Shown piece after piece: positions 32,368 through 43,065 of a stretch of 57,971 nt of DNA (within the stretch, counting starts at the first letter, position 1; every line of letters starts with the position of its first letter). The DNA is taken from NCBI GenBank assembly GCA_013115145.1, contig JAAPAO010000172.1:1-57971 (forward strand). Direction: 5' to 3'. The position numbers and the translations under genes were made by a program. Below the pieces are notes generated by a model. It searched no databases. It saw nothing but the letters and a program-made list of their open reading frames with translations, and was not told the origin of the DNA. This DNA comes from Perkinsus chesapeaki ATCC PRA-425 (taxonomy: Eukaryota; Protista; Perkinsozoa).

Positions 32368-32855
32368 TTTTTATACATGATGCGCCTGCGTTGCACTACC
32401 GCACTCGTAGAGGGCCTCTACTTGAGGCGCCGGGTACGCCGATTCTCCTCTGATGCGTAGTCTAAAGACTCGATCTAGCGTGGTGCATGGATATACCGGA
32501 CTCGATTTCCGAGGGAGAAAACTTTCCTCTTCGGAAACTCAGACGATATATCCATCATAGGAGAGTTCTTGTAAGGGTTTCTGATTAATAGTGACAAAGT
32601 AGTAGTTAGGCATACAGTCTTCCTTCACTAGATTAAATAGCTGATATGTATTTCGATAGTGTCACATATTCTGCCATGCCTCGATTACTCACTACGCGGT
32701 ATCTGGGTATTTCTCTCCATACGAGCGCGTTTCTGGTTTCATGACATCGCAACTGCTTTACAAAGTCAACGCGAGGCTACCAAGCGGCATTAGAGAACTG
32801 TTTGACTTAATAATACGATGATACATACAATCAATACAGAATTTATCAGCTCTCA

Positions 32856-35105
32856 TTATGGATTCTTCTCCGGATCTTTTATGGACTCTGCAGGGCTCTC
32901 ATCCGAGTTTTCATTCTTTTCTTCCGTTGGTCGGGCGGTAGCGGCAAGCTCATCGATCAGCTGAGAAACCGGCACAGTATCCACCGAATCGATAGAGTTA
33001 AGATGCAGCAGGTCAGCATCTTGCGGCGGAGAACTAATAGAAGACTCCCGCCGTGAGCTCGGGGCCTCTGGCTCATCTGGCGGCTGGTCCTTCTGACTAT
33101 GCTGCTGCTGCAGACTGAGGGCGATGGCTTGTTGCATCATCATCTCCTCTTCATCCTCACTTTGTGGCAAACCTACACAAGAACGCTGCACGCATCGGAC
33201 GATGAAGCGATTTGCTACCATAGTTATCGAATGAAGCTTGCGTCGGTGGGACCATATCCAAACCTAAAGGCTGCCCGCTGCCACCACTTCGCTGGTTCTA
33301 AAGAAACATCACCATGAATGCTTGCAAACACGTTTCGTTATGCACCGGTGGCGCAAGAGTTTAAGATAATAAAGATCGTGAAAGGATATATTGACTGGCA
33401 TTGAATTGACTTAATATAGTCTGATACAGAATCATCGAATCTCACTTCTCTGTTGTTGGATCCTCTCCGCCGGTGGGGCATAGCAGTGGGAAGGGAATGG
33501 GATCGATCTGGAATGTGTGGCGCTGTGGGAGCGTCTGAAGTAAGCACTGTAGGACCGAGAGCTCTAAAGGGCGGCAACTTACGAGATACTCCGACGAGTT
33601 GAGCACACTGCAAAGTATTGAAGAAGAAAATTGCAACGGAGTCGGTGAAAAACTTGGGCCGAACAGAGTTGTGGTCACCCTCGACAGTGATCTGTCAATC
33701 AACATCTGGATTTTCGTGGCGCGCGGTCAACTACCAAGTTTTTGTCCCCTGCGTAAGCATTGTAAAGAGCTCGAGCATGGTGAGGCTTTATAAACGTATC
33801 GCCTTCGGCTGCGGCAAACAGTGCCGGAATGAAGGTGCGGTCGACCTGGCTTGAAAATGCAAAAACAGGCGGAGCGAAGCCGAAGGCGTTACATGTTTTA
33901 TCGGGACAAGATCGTTGATGTCGAAATCTGCTCGGCTTTTGATGGAATTACGTATCATGCTCATAGCGATATTTACAACAAATTTGGGAACGCGGAAGCC
34001 GCCGAATTCCACCACTAGTTCCTCAGCGACTATCCGCAGATCTTGAAAGGGGGAGTCCAACTGAGACAAGAGAGTCGTCATTTTGGTACGGCCATCTACC
34101 GGAACCCGAAACCTACAACCATTCCGGCTATACTCGGGTCACGATCGCCATGCAGTAGAGCTGTCACTGCCCCCATACTCCGGCCCCACAATCCTATTGT
34201 ACCTGAGCAAGCTGCAGGTGCTGGGAATGTAATGGTATCCATAATGAGTGGACGTATCCACTTCATGGGACAGCAAACACGCTGTGAAATCGCTAAACGC
34301 TCCACGGCGGGGGACTATTAAGATTTGGCAGTTTGCCTAGAGACACTGTTAGTCGGCAGTGGAGTAGAGGACCGCAGAACCCCAAGCCAATTCTAGAATT
34401 CTAGATAAAGCCACGTGCCGTATGCTCAAGCGGCAATACCGTTTAAAGTAAACGTAAAAGTAACTCGATTGGACGATGGCACCGTGGGCAACTTACTGAC
34501 TGTTCCCGTGGCTCTCAGGTGTTCAACAACACATGCAAGATCGTCCTTCTCAAAGTAGCTAAACCAATAGCATTATAATAAGCGAAGCACCGACGGGATT
34601 ACCCTAGGCTCACATATTCTCCATCAGATCTACCAGAGCCAGCGAAATCGAATGTAAAGAGGGTGATGCCAAATGGCAGAAGGACTGGAAGAGTCGATAT
34701 CCCTTCGATACGGGAGCTGCAATTCCCTGCCAAAAACTCCGCTGCTACGATTGCCACGAGAAGCTCATGTTCTACCGTGTAAGTATATAACACAGGGAAG
34801 CTTCTCGGCGGGCCTATGTTCCGGCTCGAACCAGCTGCATTGCAGGTGCTTGTGATACTGGTTTTCCAGCACTAGATCGGTTCGATGAATCTAAGCCGAT
34901 ACTTATCACACCCGGCAGTCGACATTTCCCTCTCTGTTAGAGACCCCGCAGCTAGGAGGCCTCCCCCACCAAAAGGTTCACCCATTACTACCACTTGCCC
35001 AGCTATCCGGAAACGCTTTGGGCCGAGATCTTTGGTCTCGTAGCGATCTCTAGGCGGCCGAATTATGGCCTTCCACAATTCCGCGTATTGGTCGGTGATG
35101 CCCAT
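32856..35105 (-). CDS. Alpha/beta hydrolase (Hydrolase_4/ABHD-like) with C-terminal UIM
   Basis: LWKAIIRPPRDRY, GNCSSRIEG, FTFDFAGSGRSDGEYVSLG, IGLWGRSMGA (nucleophile elbow), AEGDTFI, EGDHNSVRP. Last exon EDEEEMMMQQAIALSLQQQ. Confidence 0.9.
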
Positions 35106-35277
35106 GATCGGGGTGCATAAAACAAGTAACTATTATGGAGTAGCACCACTGCAGTGCTGCAGCAGCCCCGGTGATAGCCTATTGAACATTTTCAACTCAA
35201 AAAGGAAAAGATGGTATGAACATGTGGCACGCACGAACATGTAATAATATCAAAGTGCTGAAAGCCGATAAGGTTAA

Positions 35278-37029
35278 TCATCGACTCCAGTGTCGACCTG
35301 CCTTCGCCACCGCTCCTCGGGCGGCCAGCTGCCGACGACGGACGCACTCACCAGCATCAAAGTCGCAGATGTATGGGACATACACCAAGGTTCGATTCTC
35401 TTTCTCGGTCGGCTTAGACTGGATCTGCAGGAAGCTCCAAGTTATGTAGCTAGCATCGACAGGATTAACACCAGCCGGTCTACTCATGTTCCATATGTTC
35501 CGATCAGTAACCATTGGTGGATGATCCGGGAGGGTCATACAGTCGACTTCCCGACATCGGTGCTCAGTGTAACCAAACCATGTCTCTGTGAAGACACAGT
35601 CGCTCAGAATGCATTTGTCGTGGAGCGGTAGTGTCATGACCTCCATACGGTTTCCCCATTTGCTGGCAATATGGCTGGTCTTGTAGCGATTCACCTCCGG
35701 AGGGTCCCCCGAGTCCATGTTGAACTCCACCATCCATCTCTTCGACACAATGTCGTCTGGTACATTTCGGAGGAAAGTGAAATCAGCTTGCAAAAAGGCC
35801 AGAAGCTGCATTTCTCTAATGTACTTCCACTGCGTTGTAGAAGTCCCCTTAAGCCCGAGGCTCTTGATTTTATCTCCGTACTTATTGGCCACATGTTCGA
35901 GATGGTAGTCCGTAAAACTGTCACAGTTGTCACCGTTGATCCAAAGATGTTCGACATAGGGCTCCGGGAACATGTCATCAACAGATTGTTCGCAATCGTA
36001 CACCCACTGTATTTTACAACCGCATCCGCCGCTCCCATCAAAGGGCCTTCGACTGGGTGAACCGCATTCGGTCGTGGCCTTGCATTCATCGACAACGGCG
36101 AACCACACAATGCCAAGGATGATGAAGGCAGCCGAAAAGAGGGACCATTTCAGGACCCACAGGCGGTTCGCCTTGCCTCCCTTACCACCTTCGAATTCGG
36201 TCATCAGAGTTGACATTCGGGTACGTCGCGGGTGTGAAACCGAGTCTGTTTGATCCTTCTCCGGTGTGACATAAGGCGCCAAGCTGTCGAGCGCCTGCGT
36301 ACGAATAAGAGCATCGAAAACGAAGCCAGCCCGAATAGAACCCACGAGAAGGTTCTGGGCACTTGTGAGGACAGCCAACAGGGTTGGATCAGCCAACGCG
36401 AACGACCAGCCAAGACTGGCGTCCTCGCTGATGGTATAAACTCGGACAACCCAGACGAATTTGGAGAGCAGGAATGCCACATTTATTAAAGTTTCGAAGC
36501 CAACAGCGAACAGAGGCCAACGCACAACATACGCTACTGTGCAGACGCCGATATGGGCACCGAGAAGCAATGACTGAACCAGAAAGACAACAGGGTCTAC
36601 CGGCTCTACCGTCCTGGGCGATGGTAGGGCTTGAAGGCCACCGTACTCCATAAGCAGTAGAGTCTGTAGGAGGATCATAGGGATTTGTGACAAGCCAAAG
36701 AGCCACCAGAACTCATTGTCGTGGGCCTCTCGTTCGACTATGACCGCCCACATCTCTAAGAGGGAATCGTAGCTGCTCCCTAGGAAGCCTCTAAAGAGTG
36801 AATGCAGCCAGTGTCGGAAGCGACATCGAAGTGAAGGCGGGGCCAATAGCCATGCGCCCACTGCGGCACAGTAAACGCCTATTATGAGATAAAACGTGGT
36901 GTACCACGGACGATTGACACGCCAGTCCGGAAGACTGACAATTTCAGGATTCAAACCAACAGTATAGAAATTAAAATCTTGCGGGCCTGACCATGAAGAT
37001 CTGATTTCTATCTGTTGCACAGCTGGCAC
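35278..37029 (-). CDS. Multi-pass membrane protein with Cys cap and degenerate LRR ectodomain, paralogue A (true start may be about 37130)
   Basis: 583-aa uninterrupted ORF with about 6 hydrophobic segments, then C-x4-C...GCGC and repeats VEHLWI/IKSLGL/LAFLQA/MVEFNM/MEVMTL spaced 22-29 aa. Confidence 0.8.
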   Translation of the reverse strand: MPAVQQIEIRSSWSGPQDFNFYTVGLNPEIVSLPDWRVNRPWYTTFYLIIGVYCAAVGAWLLAPPSLRCRFRHWLHSLFRGFLGSSYDSLLEMWAVIVEREAHDNEFWWLFGLSQIPMILLQTLLLMEYGGLQALPSPRTVEPVDPVVFLVQSLLLGAHIGVCTVAYVVRWPLFAVGFETLINVAFLLSKFVWVVRVYTISEDASLGWSFALADPTLLAVLTSAQNLLVGSIRAGFVFDALIRTQALDSLAPYVTPEKDQTDSVSHPRRTRMSTLMTEFEGGKGGKANRLWVLKWSLFSAAFIILGIVWFAVVDECKATTECGSPSRRPFDGSGGCGCKIQWVYDCEQSVDDMFPEPYVEHLWINGDNCDSFTDYHLEHVANKYGDKIKSLGLKGTSTTQWKYIREMQLLAFLQADFTFLRNVPDDIVSKRWMVEFNMDSGDPPEVNRYKTSHIASKWGNRMEVMTLPLHDKCILSDCVFTETWFGYTEHRCREVDCMTLPDHPPMVTDRNIWNMSRPAGVNPVDASYITWSFLQIQSKPTEKENRTLVYVPYICDFDAGECVRRRQLAARGAVAKAGRHWSR

Positions 37030-37302
37030 TTACCGGCGCTGAAAGTATATCCCGAAGTCTCCTTGATGCCGTACTGATGAGCTCGATCATGGAGGAAGGC
37101 CAGAAGGGAGAGGAGAGGCTGCATCAGCCACATGGCAAAGCAGCCAAGAATGACTCTTTTAGGTAGCATTTTCTAACCTACCAGAGAAGGTTTTACGGGG
37201 AACGGGAAATCTTTATAGTGCGCAACACAAAGATACGTTACGGATATAACACCACTAAAGCATGCAAAAAATAATGAATCACTTTTTCGTATAACACTTG
37301 TC

Positions 37303-39084
37303 TCAACCATGCACCCATGGCATTTTTCTGGACACACCAGTAGTCCGAGTGAAGTCTGAGAGCTGCCTACTGCGCGCACATTGACCATACAGGTAGCAGT
37401 CATAAGGCACGAAAACATGTATTTCGACAGGAGCCGACTCAGTCTCGCGATCTGTCTGTATCTGGAGATAGGAGTAGTCGAGATAGTCCTCGAGCAGCGG
37501 GCCAACACCGTCTGGTCGGGATAAGGTAGCAATGTTCTCATCTGGGCCCATGGGTTGTTGGTCATAGTGCATTGTAAGGCAATCAACGCGCCTACAAATA
37601 TGCTCAGTGAAGCCACCCCATGTAGAATAGAACGTACAGCCGGAGAGGGTGCAAGCTGCTGTGACCGAAAGGCTTATCACAGCCATCCTCTTACCCATGA
37701 TTGCTATCAACCTCATCGTATCGTAGGGATAATTGCCTGTACCCTGTCCACCATGAACATTCAACTCGACCATGCTTGAGCGCCGCATCAAAGTGTCTGG
37801 TATGTTTTGAAGGTTAGTGTAGTCAGCCTGAGCGAACGCCAGCCTCGGCATGGCTGAAAGATACTCCCACTGCGTGACGGCAGTGGAGTCCATGCCGATG
37901 CTCTTCATATGATCTCCGTGATGCTTGTAAAGGTATTCCAGATGAGTGTCGTTGAACTGGTAACAGTACGGGTCATTCACGTCGGCTGATATTATCCAAA
38001 CGTGCTCAACCCACTTCTCGGCAAACATCTCTTCAACCGGGAGAGAGCAGTTTCCGACATGCAGTGTCTTACACCCACAGGACTTCTCACTGAAAGGCGT
38101 TCGACTCGGCGCTGCACACGTATCAGATGCAGAGCATTTGTCGATTACAGCAAACCATATAATGCCAACCAAAAAGAACACACAAGAGACCACCGCGAGA
38201 CGGAGAGCCTGTCGTAGCCTCCTCTTTCGTGTTGGCTGTGGAAAAGAAGATAGCACTTCTTCGTTCGACCTATTTGCCGAGTTAACATCTACCGGTTCGG
38301 GCGCTACAGCGTAAGAGCCACGGCGCTCTTTGATCAAGAAAGTGTAAACGTATCCTGCTCTAGCCGAGGCTACCAAGATGTTCTGGGTCGACGTTAAGAC
38401 GGAAAGGACACTAGGATCGCTGAGAGAGAAGGAACATGCCAAGGGATCAGACGTTATATCGTAAACCTCGTAGGCCCAGATAAGCTTGCTGACTACGAAG
38501 AGAACGTTTATGATACAGTCTGCTCCTAGAGAGAATAAGGCGTGTGAGAAGTAGTAACCGAGGGTATGGCAGAGTACGGTAGATCCGAGGAGACAGCTCT
38601 GCACAAAGAATACTAACGGGGTTGATGGCTCCACTTCCCTAGGGGGTAGGAGACTGAACCCACCATATTCGATGAGCAGGAGCACTTGCAAAAAGAGCTG
38701 GAATCTTTCAGCCTTGTAGAGCTTGCCCCAGAAGCCCGAAGAATCGTGGTCGATAATCTTAAGGACGACCTTGCCGCCGGCATGAATCTTGTCGAAATGG
38801 AAGACTTCGTGCATCCATACAGCAATCTTATGGTTGACCCCCCTGCCCAAGATGGAGCGAAGTCTCAATGGCAGGAGCAAGTAGAGTGCGTAAATGCTGA
38901 CAATAGTGGCAAGGATGAGGTACCATACGGCATACCAGGGACGATTGACTAACCAGGGATCGAGCTTGACTATACGTGGGTTGAGACCAATTCCGTAAAA
39001 GGTGAAGGACGCACCTTGAGCTGAAAGCACACGAGGGCTGTTCGAAGCCGACAAAAAGTACAACAAGTGCGATGAGAATTTCAA
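37303..39084 (-). CDS. Multi-pass membrane protein with Cys cap and degenerate LRR ectodomain, paralogue B
   Basis: 593-aa ORF collinear with paralogue A: GLNP.IV.L..W.VNRPWY, LL.EYGG, LTS.QN.LV, GI.WFAV.D.C, VPY.C. Confidence 0.8.
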   Translation of the reverse strand: MKFSSHLLYFLSASNSPRVLSAQGASFTFYGIGLNPRIVKLDPWLVNRPWYAVWYLILATIVSIYALYLLLPLRLRSILGRGVNHKIAVWMHEVFHFDKIHAGGKVVLKIIDHDSSGFWGKLYKAERFQLFLQVLLLIEYGGFSLLPPREVEPSTPLVFFVQSCLLGSTVLCHTLGYYFSHALFSLGADCIINVLFVVSKLIWAYEVYDITSDPLACSFSLSDPSVLSVLTSTQNILVASARAGYVYTFLIKERRGSYAVAPEPVDVNSANRSNEEVLSSFPQPTRKRRLRQALRLAVVSCVFFLVGIIWFAVIDKCSASDTCAAPSRTPFSEKSCGCKTLHVGNCSLPVEEMFAEKWVEHVWIISADVNDPYCYQFNDTHLEYLYKHHGDHMKSIGMDSTAVTQWEYLSAMPRLAFAQADYTNLQNIPDTLMRRSSMVELNVHGGQGTGNYPYDTMRLIAIMGKRMAVISLSVTAACTLSGCTFYSTWGGFTEHICRRVDCLTMHYDQQPMGPDENIATLSRPDGVGPLLEDYLDYSYLQIQTDRETESAPVEIHVFVPYDCYLYGQCARSRQLSDFTRTTGVSRKMPWVHG

Positions 39085-39594
39085 AAACGCTTAATGAACC
39101 CCCATACAGCATTCAGCGGGTTAGAGACTTACATGCATAAAGATCAAGCTCGTTCTCCTCCTTAATATCATAGTTGAATGCTATGTAATGTAAATAGGCC
39201 AGAAAGACCGATACTGGCTGAATCAACCATAATGCTATTATAGAGGACCAAAACAGGACAGAATGACCATGCCGAATATCCATAGTCAACTGTAGGAAGG
39301 CTTCAATTAAACGAGACGGTCTTGCTATGATTCTTGCCCCACTTGCACGATCTTGCATTTCCTGAATCCCATCCCTTGTCCGCTACGGTGGCCTCGATAA
39401 TATCTTTGCGCGACAAGTTGTTGGGTGGAAGGGAGATTGGCTCTCACTCATTCTATCATATCCAGGGATCGAACTACACTTCGCTTGCTAAACTTGAAAT
39501 CGACAAGTGTGAAAATGGCGCCCGATATCTTCGGTGGTCCCGCCGCCCGCGCATGATTCGTTTGTGACGTATCGTCTTCAGCGTATTTTATATA

Positions 39595-40703
39595 ATGCGG
39601 AAAAGCTTCGACTCTAACGATTCTCTAGGGAATGAGATCGGCTCTGATTCTGCCGCGGATTCTGCTTCTGGAACGACATGTGTTCGCGCCAGGATCTCCG
39701 TGCCTGTTGAAGATCTCTTGAAGCAACTAACTAGTCCACAAAGTTACGGAGATAACAGGGCGATTGACGCTGGCCAATCGTCGTCGTCGACTGGTGGAGA
39801 TAACGGTCTAATGACAGTGATAAGTACAAGCCGTATGCCCGTAAGGGCTCGAGCTAGCAATCTCGTTAATGTTAAGTACAATACTAGTAAAGCATCGTAT
39901 GAAGTGGAATTCAACATCGATATCGATCTACCAACAGCTGATCTTAGTCAGCAAATTCTAGAACATGTTCGGCCTCAGCAGCCTCTAGGCGGTGTAAATA
40001 ATAAAAGAGGTCTATCTCGATCGGAGAGCTTTGATGATGTAATACGGCTTTTTATATTCGCTCTCTACATCCTCCTTGCTTAGGTCCCTATTACATACGT
40101 GAGAGAGCTGGGCCACGGGGGCTCATCGGTATGGCAGGCGTATAAAGCTGCTAATAGGTGGCACAGGAGCAGGCATCGCGCACTTTACTTCTTGGCTAAA
40201 GGCAAGAGGACGCCTGCGACGGCATCGGTTATGGAAATGGACAACAGCGTGGGTTTCAATATAGATGCCCCGGAGTTCAAACCAGAGTTCTCCAGGTAGG
40301 CCGTGAAGTTGTAGCTCAAAGAATCTTTCTCGTTCTCAGCTTATCCCCCCCTTATCCAGACCCTATCAATGGCGGCGGACTGTACAGGGCTTCGGAGAGG
40401 ATGAGAATCTCACCGTGTCGGGACCAGCTCACACAAGAGGAGGTCGGGCCCCCTTAGTCGGCGAGAGTATCTTATGGCAATTAGGTTGCAATGGTGCTGG
40501 GGGAGACCACTGCTGGCGCTGGAGTGCAGGACTTTGGCAGTGTGTCTACGGCAGCTACTGAGAGCGGATACAGCACCACATTCCTGGCAAGCCCCTCTCA
40601 AGTGCCTGTCGACATGATGGACCTCGGTGGCGGCGGCGATGACAAGTTCAATAGTTGGAGAACCTCGGTTTGGGGGTCTGGCCCCGGGCCTTACAACCAG
40701 TGA
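39595..40703 (+). CDS. PAM2-motif protein, paralogue 1 (4 exons)
   Basis: VPVEDLLK...RMPVRARAS...|VPITYVRELGHGGSSVWQAYKAANRWHRSRHRALYF...GFNIDAPEFKP (40252-40284)...|VAMVLGET...GPYNQ*. Confidence 0.8.
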
Positions 40704-40759
40704 GGAATTGTGGCGGGCTGGGTGGTGTGTGATTCTATGTGTAGGAGACGTAAGCACTC

Positions 40760-41440
40760 GAGTAGCTCCACATCGGCGGGCTTCGATTCAAGCTACATGT
40801 CATACAGCCCACCCACATAAGGGGAAAGTTGCAGCAGCAGCAGAACCTTCCTTTGACATTACCAATTTGACATATAGCTTCATCTTTCACTTACTGCAAC
40901 ATCATAATTTCCAATTGTGCACTATTATCCTTATTGTTGGAGGAATTGCCTCTTCTCCACGACAACTTATCCTTCTTACTGCTGCTACTGCTGATGCCAT
41001 CATTACCCATGCCTCGTCCTTGCCTACTGTAATATTGCTATGCATTTCGTACTAAGTATGTACACAACGTATCGTCTTTATTGACGCACAGGCTCGAGTC
41101 CTGTCCACTCGAGTCAGTAAACTCGTCTTGAGTCCTTCATCTAGTTGGACAAGGAATGTGGTGGTGGTGATGGTGGTGGTGGACCATCCTCCTCCAGATG
41201 ATTGCCGCCCCTCGTAGCTAATGTAGGTCGGCACAGCATAATCCCCAGCTATCCCTCTATGTAGAATAGCAGTTTTATCGGCTTCATTTAGAAGGCTTTT
41301 GCAGTAAGTTCTTGGTATTCTCATTTGTTATTTTAATTCTATTAGGTACAATGGGAACTGCTTTTCATGCCGAGGGAATTTCGTAGTCGCCCTCTTAACG
41401 AACATTCCTTCACAGTAGTCTCAGTTTCATAAGTATACTG
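40760..41440 (-). CDS. Possible hypothetical gene fragments between the PAM2 paralogues
   Basis: ORF 41052..41324 and an S/K-rich exon-like stretch near 40880-41000 ending at a GTAAGT donor. No start identified. Confidence 0.25.
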
Positions 41441-41495
41441 CTTCTTTGGTTGACCTTAATTGGATCAATTCGACCTAATAGAGTTACATTTGGTG

Positions 41496-41789
41496 AGGCA
41501 TTGTGTATTATAGTTAAGGCATTGTGTATTATAGTTAAGGCATTGTGTATTATAGTTAAGGCATTGTGNNNNNNNNNNNNNNNNNNNNNNNNNNNNNNNN
41601 NNNNNNNNNNNNNNNNNNNNNNNNNNNNNNNNNNNNNNNNNNNNNNNNNNNNNNNNNNNNNNNNNNNCAGGCATTGTGTATTATAGTTAAGGCATTGTGT
41701 ATTATAGTTAAGGCATTGTGTATTATAGTTAAGGCATTGTGTATTATAGTTAAGGCATTGTGTATTATAGTTAAGGCATTGTGTATTAT
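41496..41789. repeat. 21-bp minisatellite (AGGCATTGTGTATTATAGTTA)n with N gap at 41569..41667
   Basis: Perfect units on both sides of the gap. True copy number is unknown. Confidence 0.97.
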
Positions 41790-41803
41790 CTCGTCTCACC
41801 GCA

Positions 41804-42889
41804 ATGTATTCGCTGTTCAGCTGTACTGAGATAGGGGGCTCTTTGGTAGTTGAGCGATCTGACCGTAGTCGTGGCCTTTGCTTATTAATGGCATCATCTG
41901 TGGTCTGCCCGAGGCCGCCTCCGCAGCACAAGTCGTACTGCGGGGTTCCCTCTACCAGAAACATGTTCCACGAATGCTCTAAGACCTCAGCCCTAGGCAC
42001 TGTTACAGTGCCCGTTGAAGACCTTCTCAAACGTATAACTGGTTCCGGAGGCTACGGTCACCAGGACGCCTCTACGCCGGTGCCCTGTTTCGGGGACACA
42101 TTGCCTGCAAACGGGAAGACTGTCGGGTCCTGTAGAATGTCTGTTCGGGCCCGAGCCAGCGAGCTGGTTAAAATCGTATATGATGCGAGTGACGGAGCGT
42201 ATTATCTCCAGCTAGACGTGGAAGTCGACATGCCGACGGCTCCACTTAGTGAAGAGATTCTGGCGCATGTTAAACCAACGTCATCCTCGCCAACACGGGA
42301 CAATTTCGACGAGGTAGTCGAAGTTGAAGGGTGCTGCTTAGTTGACTCCTCCTCCTTGCATTCTTAGGTCCCGATATCGCAGATTAGAGAGCTTGGCCAT
42401 AGCGGCACTGCTGTATGGCAATCGTATAAAGGCTGGAATAGATGGCATAAAACTAAGCACCGTGCGGTTTATTTTATTCGACCTAGAACCGCCACTCTGG
42501 ACTTGCCGAAAGACATAATGAATCTGGGGGGCGTCGCTCCGGCACTTAATGCCAATGCGCCGGAGTTTACCCCTTGCTCCAGGTGAGACCACCCGCCAGT
42601 GTGGTAAGGAATTCATTTGTTAGTGCTGTGACCCACGGGCCTCCATCAGACGGGGAGGGCGGTACTAGGAAGGGATCGGAGGACTGCTTGGACCGGGGCA
42701 GTGCACTGCTGCTGCCAAGTGAAGTGATGAATGAAAATATCACTGTCTGGTAGGATTTTCTGTTGACAGGTTGCTGCGTTGCTCGGGGACAATTGTCTCC
42801 ATGAGGAAGTCTTTGGGTCGGATGTGCCCACCGAGCAACATAGGAGTCATGAATTCCCCGATTATCATGACGACTGGAGGAACGCGTAG
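41804..42889 (+). CDS. PAM2-motif protein, paralogue 2 (4 exons)
   Basis: VPVEDLLK...RMSVRARAS...|VPISQIRELGHSGTAVWQSYKGWNRWHKTKHRAVYF...ALNANAPEFTP (42542-42574)...|VAALLGDN...DWRNA*. Confidence 0.8.
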
Positions 42890-43065
42890 GCCTTGGGTAG
42901 CACGCCTTGTACGCCACTCTTCGCTGAATTCCTACTCTCCATTGCTTTATCCATGTAATTGGATATCTTACGTTACCACTGCACTTAGCCGTCTCCCTTC
43001 TCTTATAGTTTTCTTGCCGATTAGTCGATAGTAGTAATACGTATTCTGCCGGAAAGTGCAACGGT

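Noticed and set aside
41052-41324. IPRTYCKSLLNEAD...LHRG as a retrotransposon integrase zinc-binding fragment
   Set aside because: First His is absent, there is no CxxC at the expected distance, and no RT, RNase H, DDE or LTR is nearby.
41410-42030. Repeat-protein ORFs (NTQCLNY / ALCIIVK / [12 protein letters not shown]) in both minisatellites
   Set aside because: These are translation artefacts of tandem repeats read through N gaps. The non-repeat parts are antisense to, or intronic in, better-supported genes.
42500-42520. Apparent frameshift separating PAM2 from paralogue 2
   Set aside because: Re-reading gives CCG AAA GAC ATA ATG, which is in frame, so the gene is intact.
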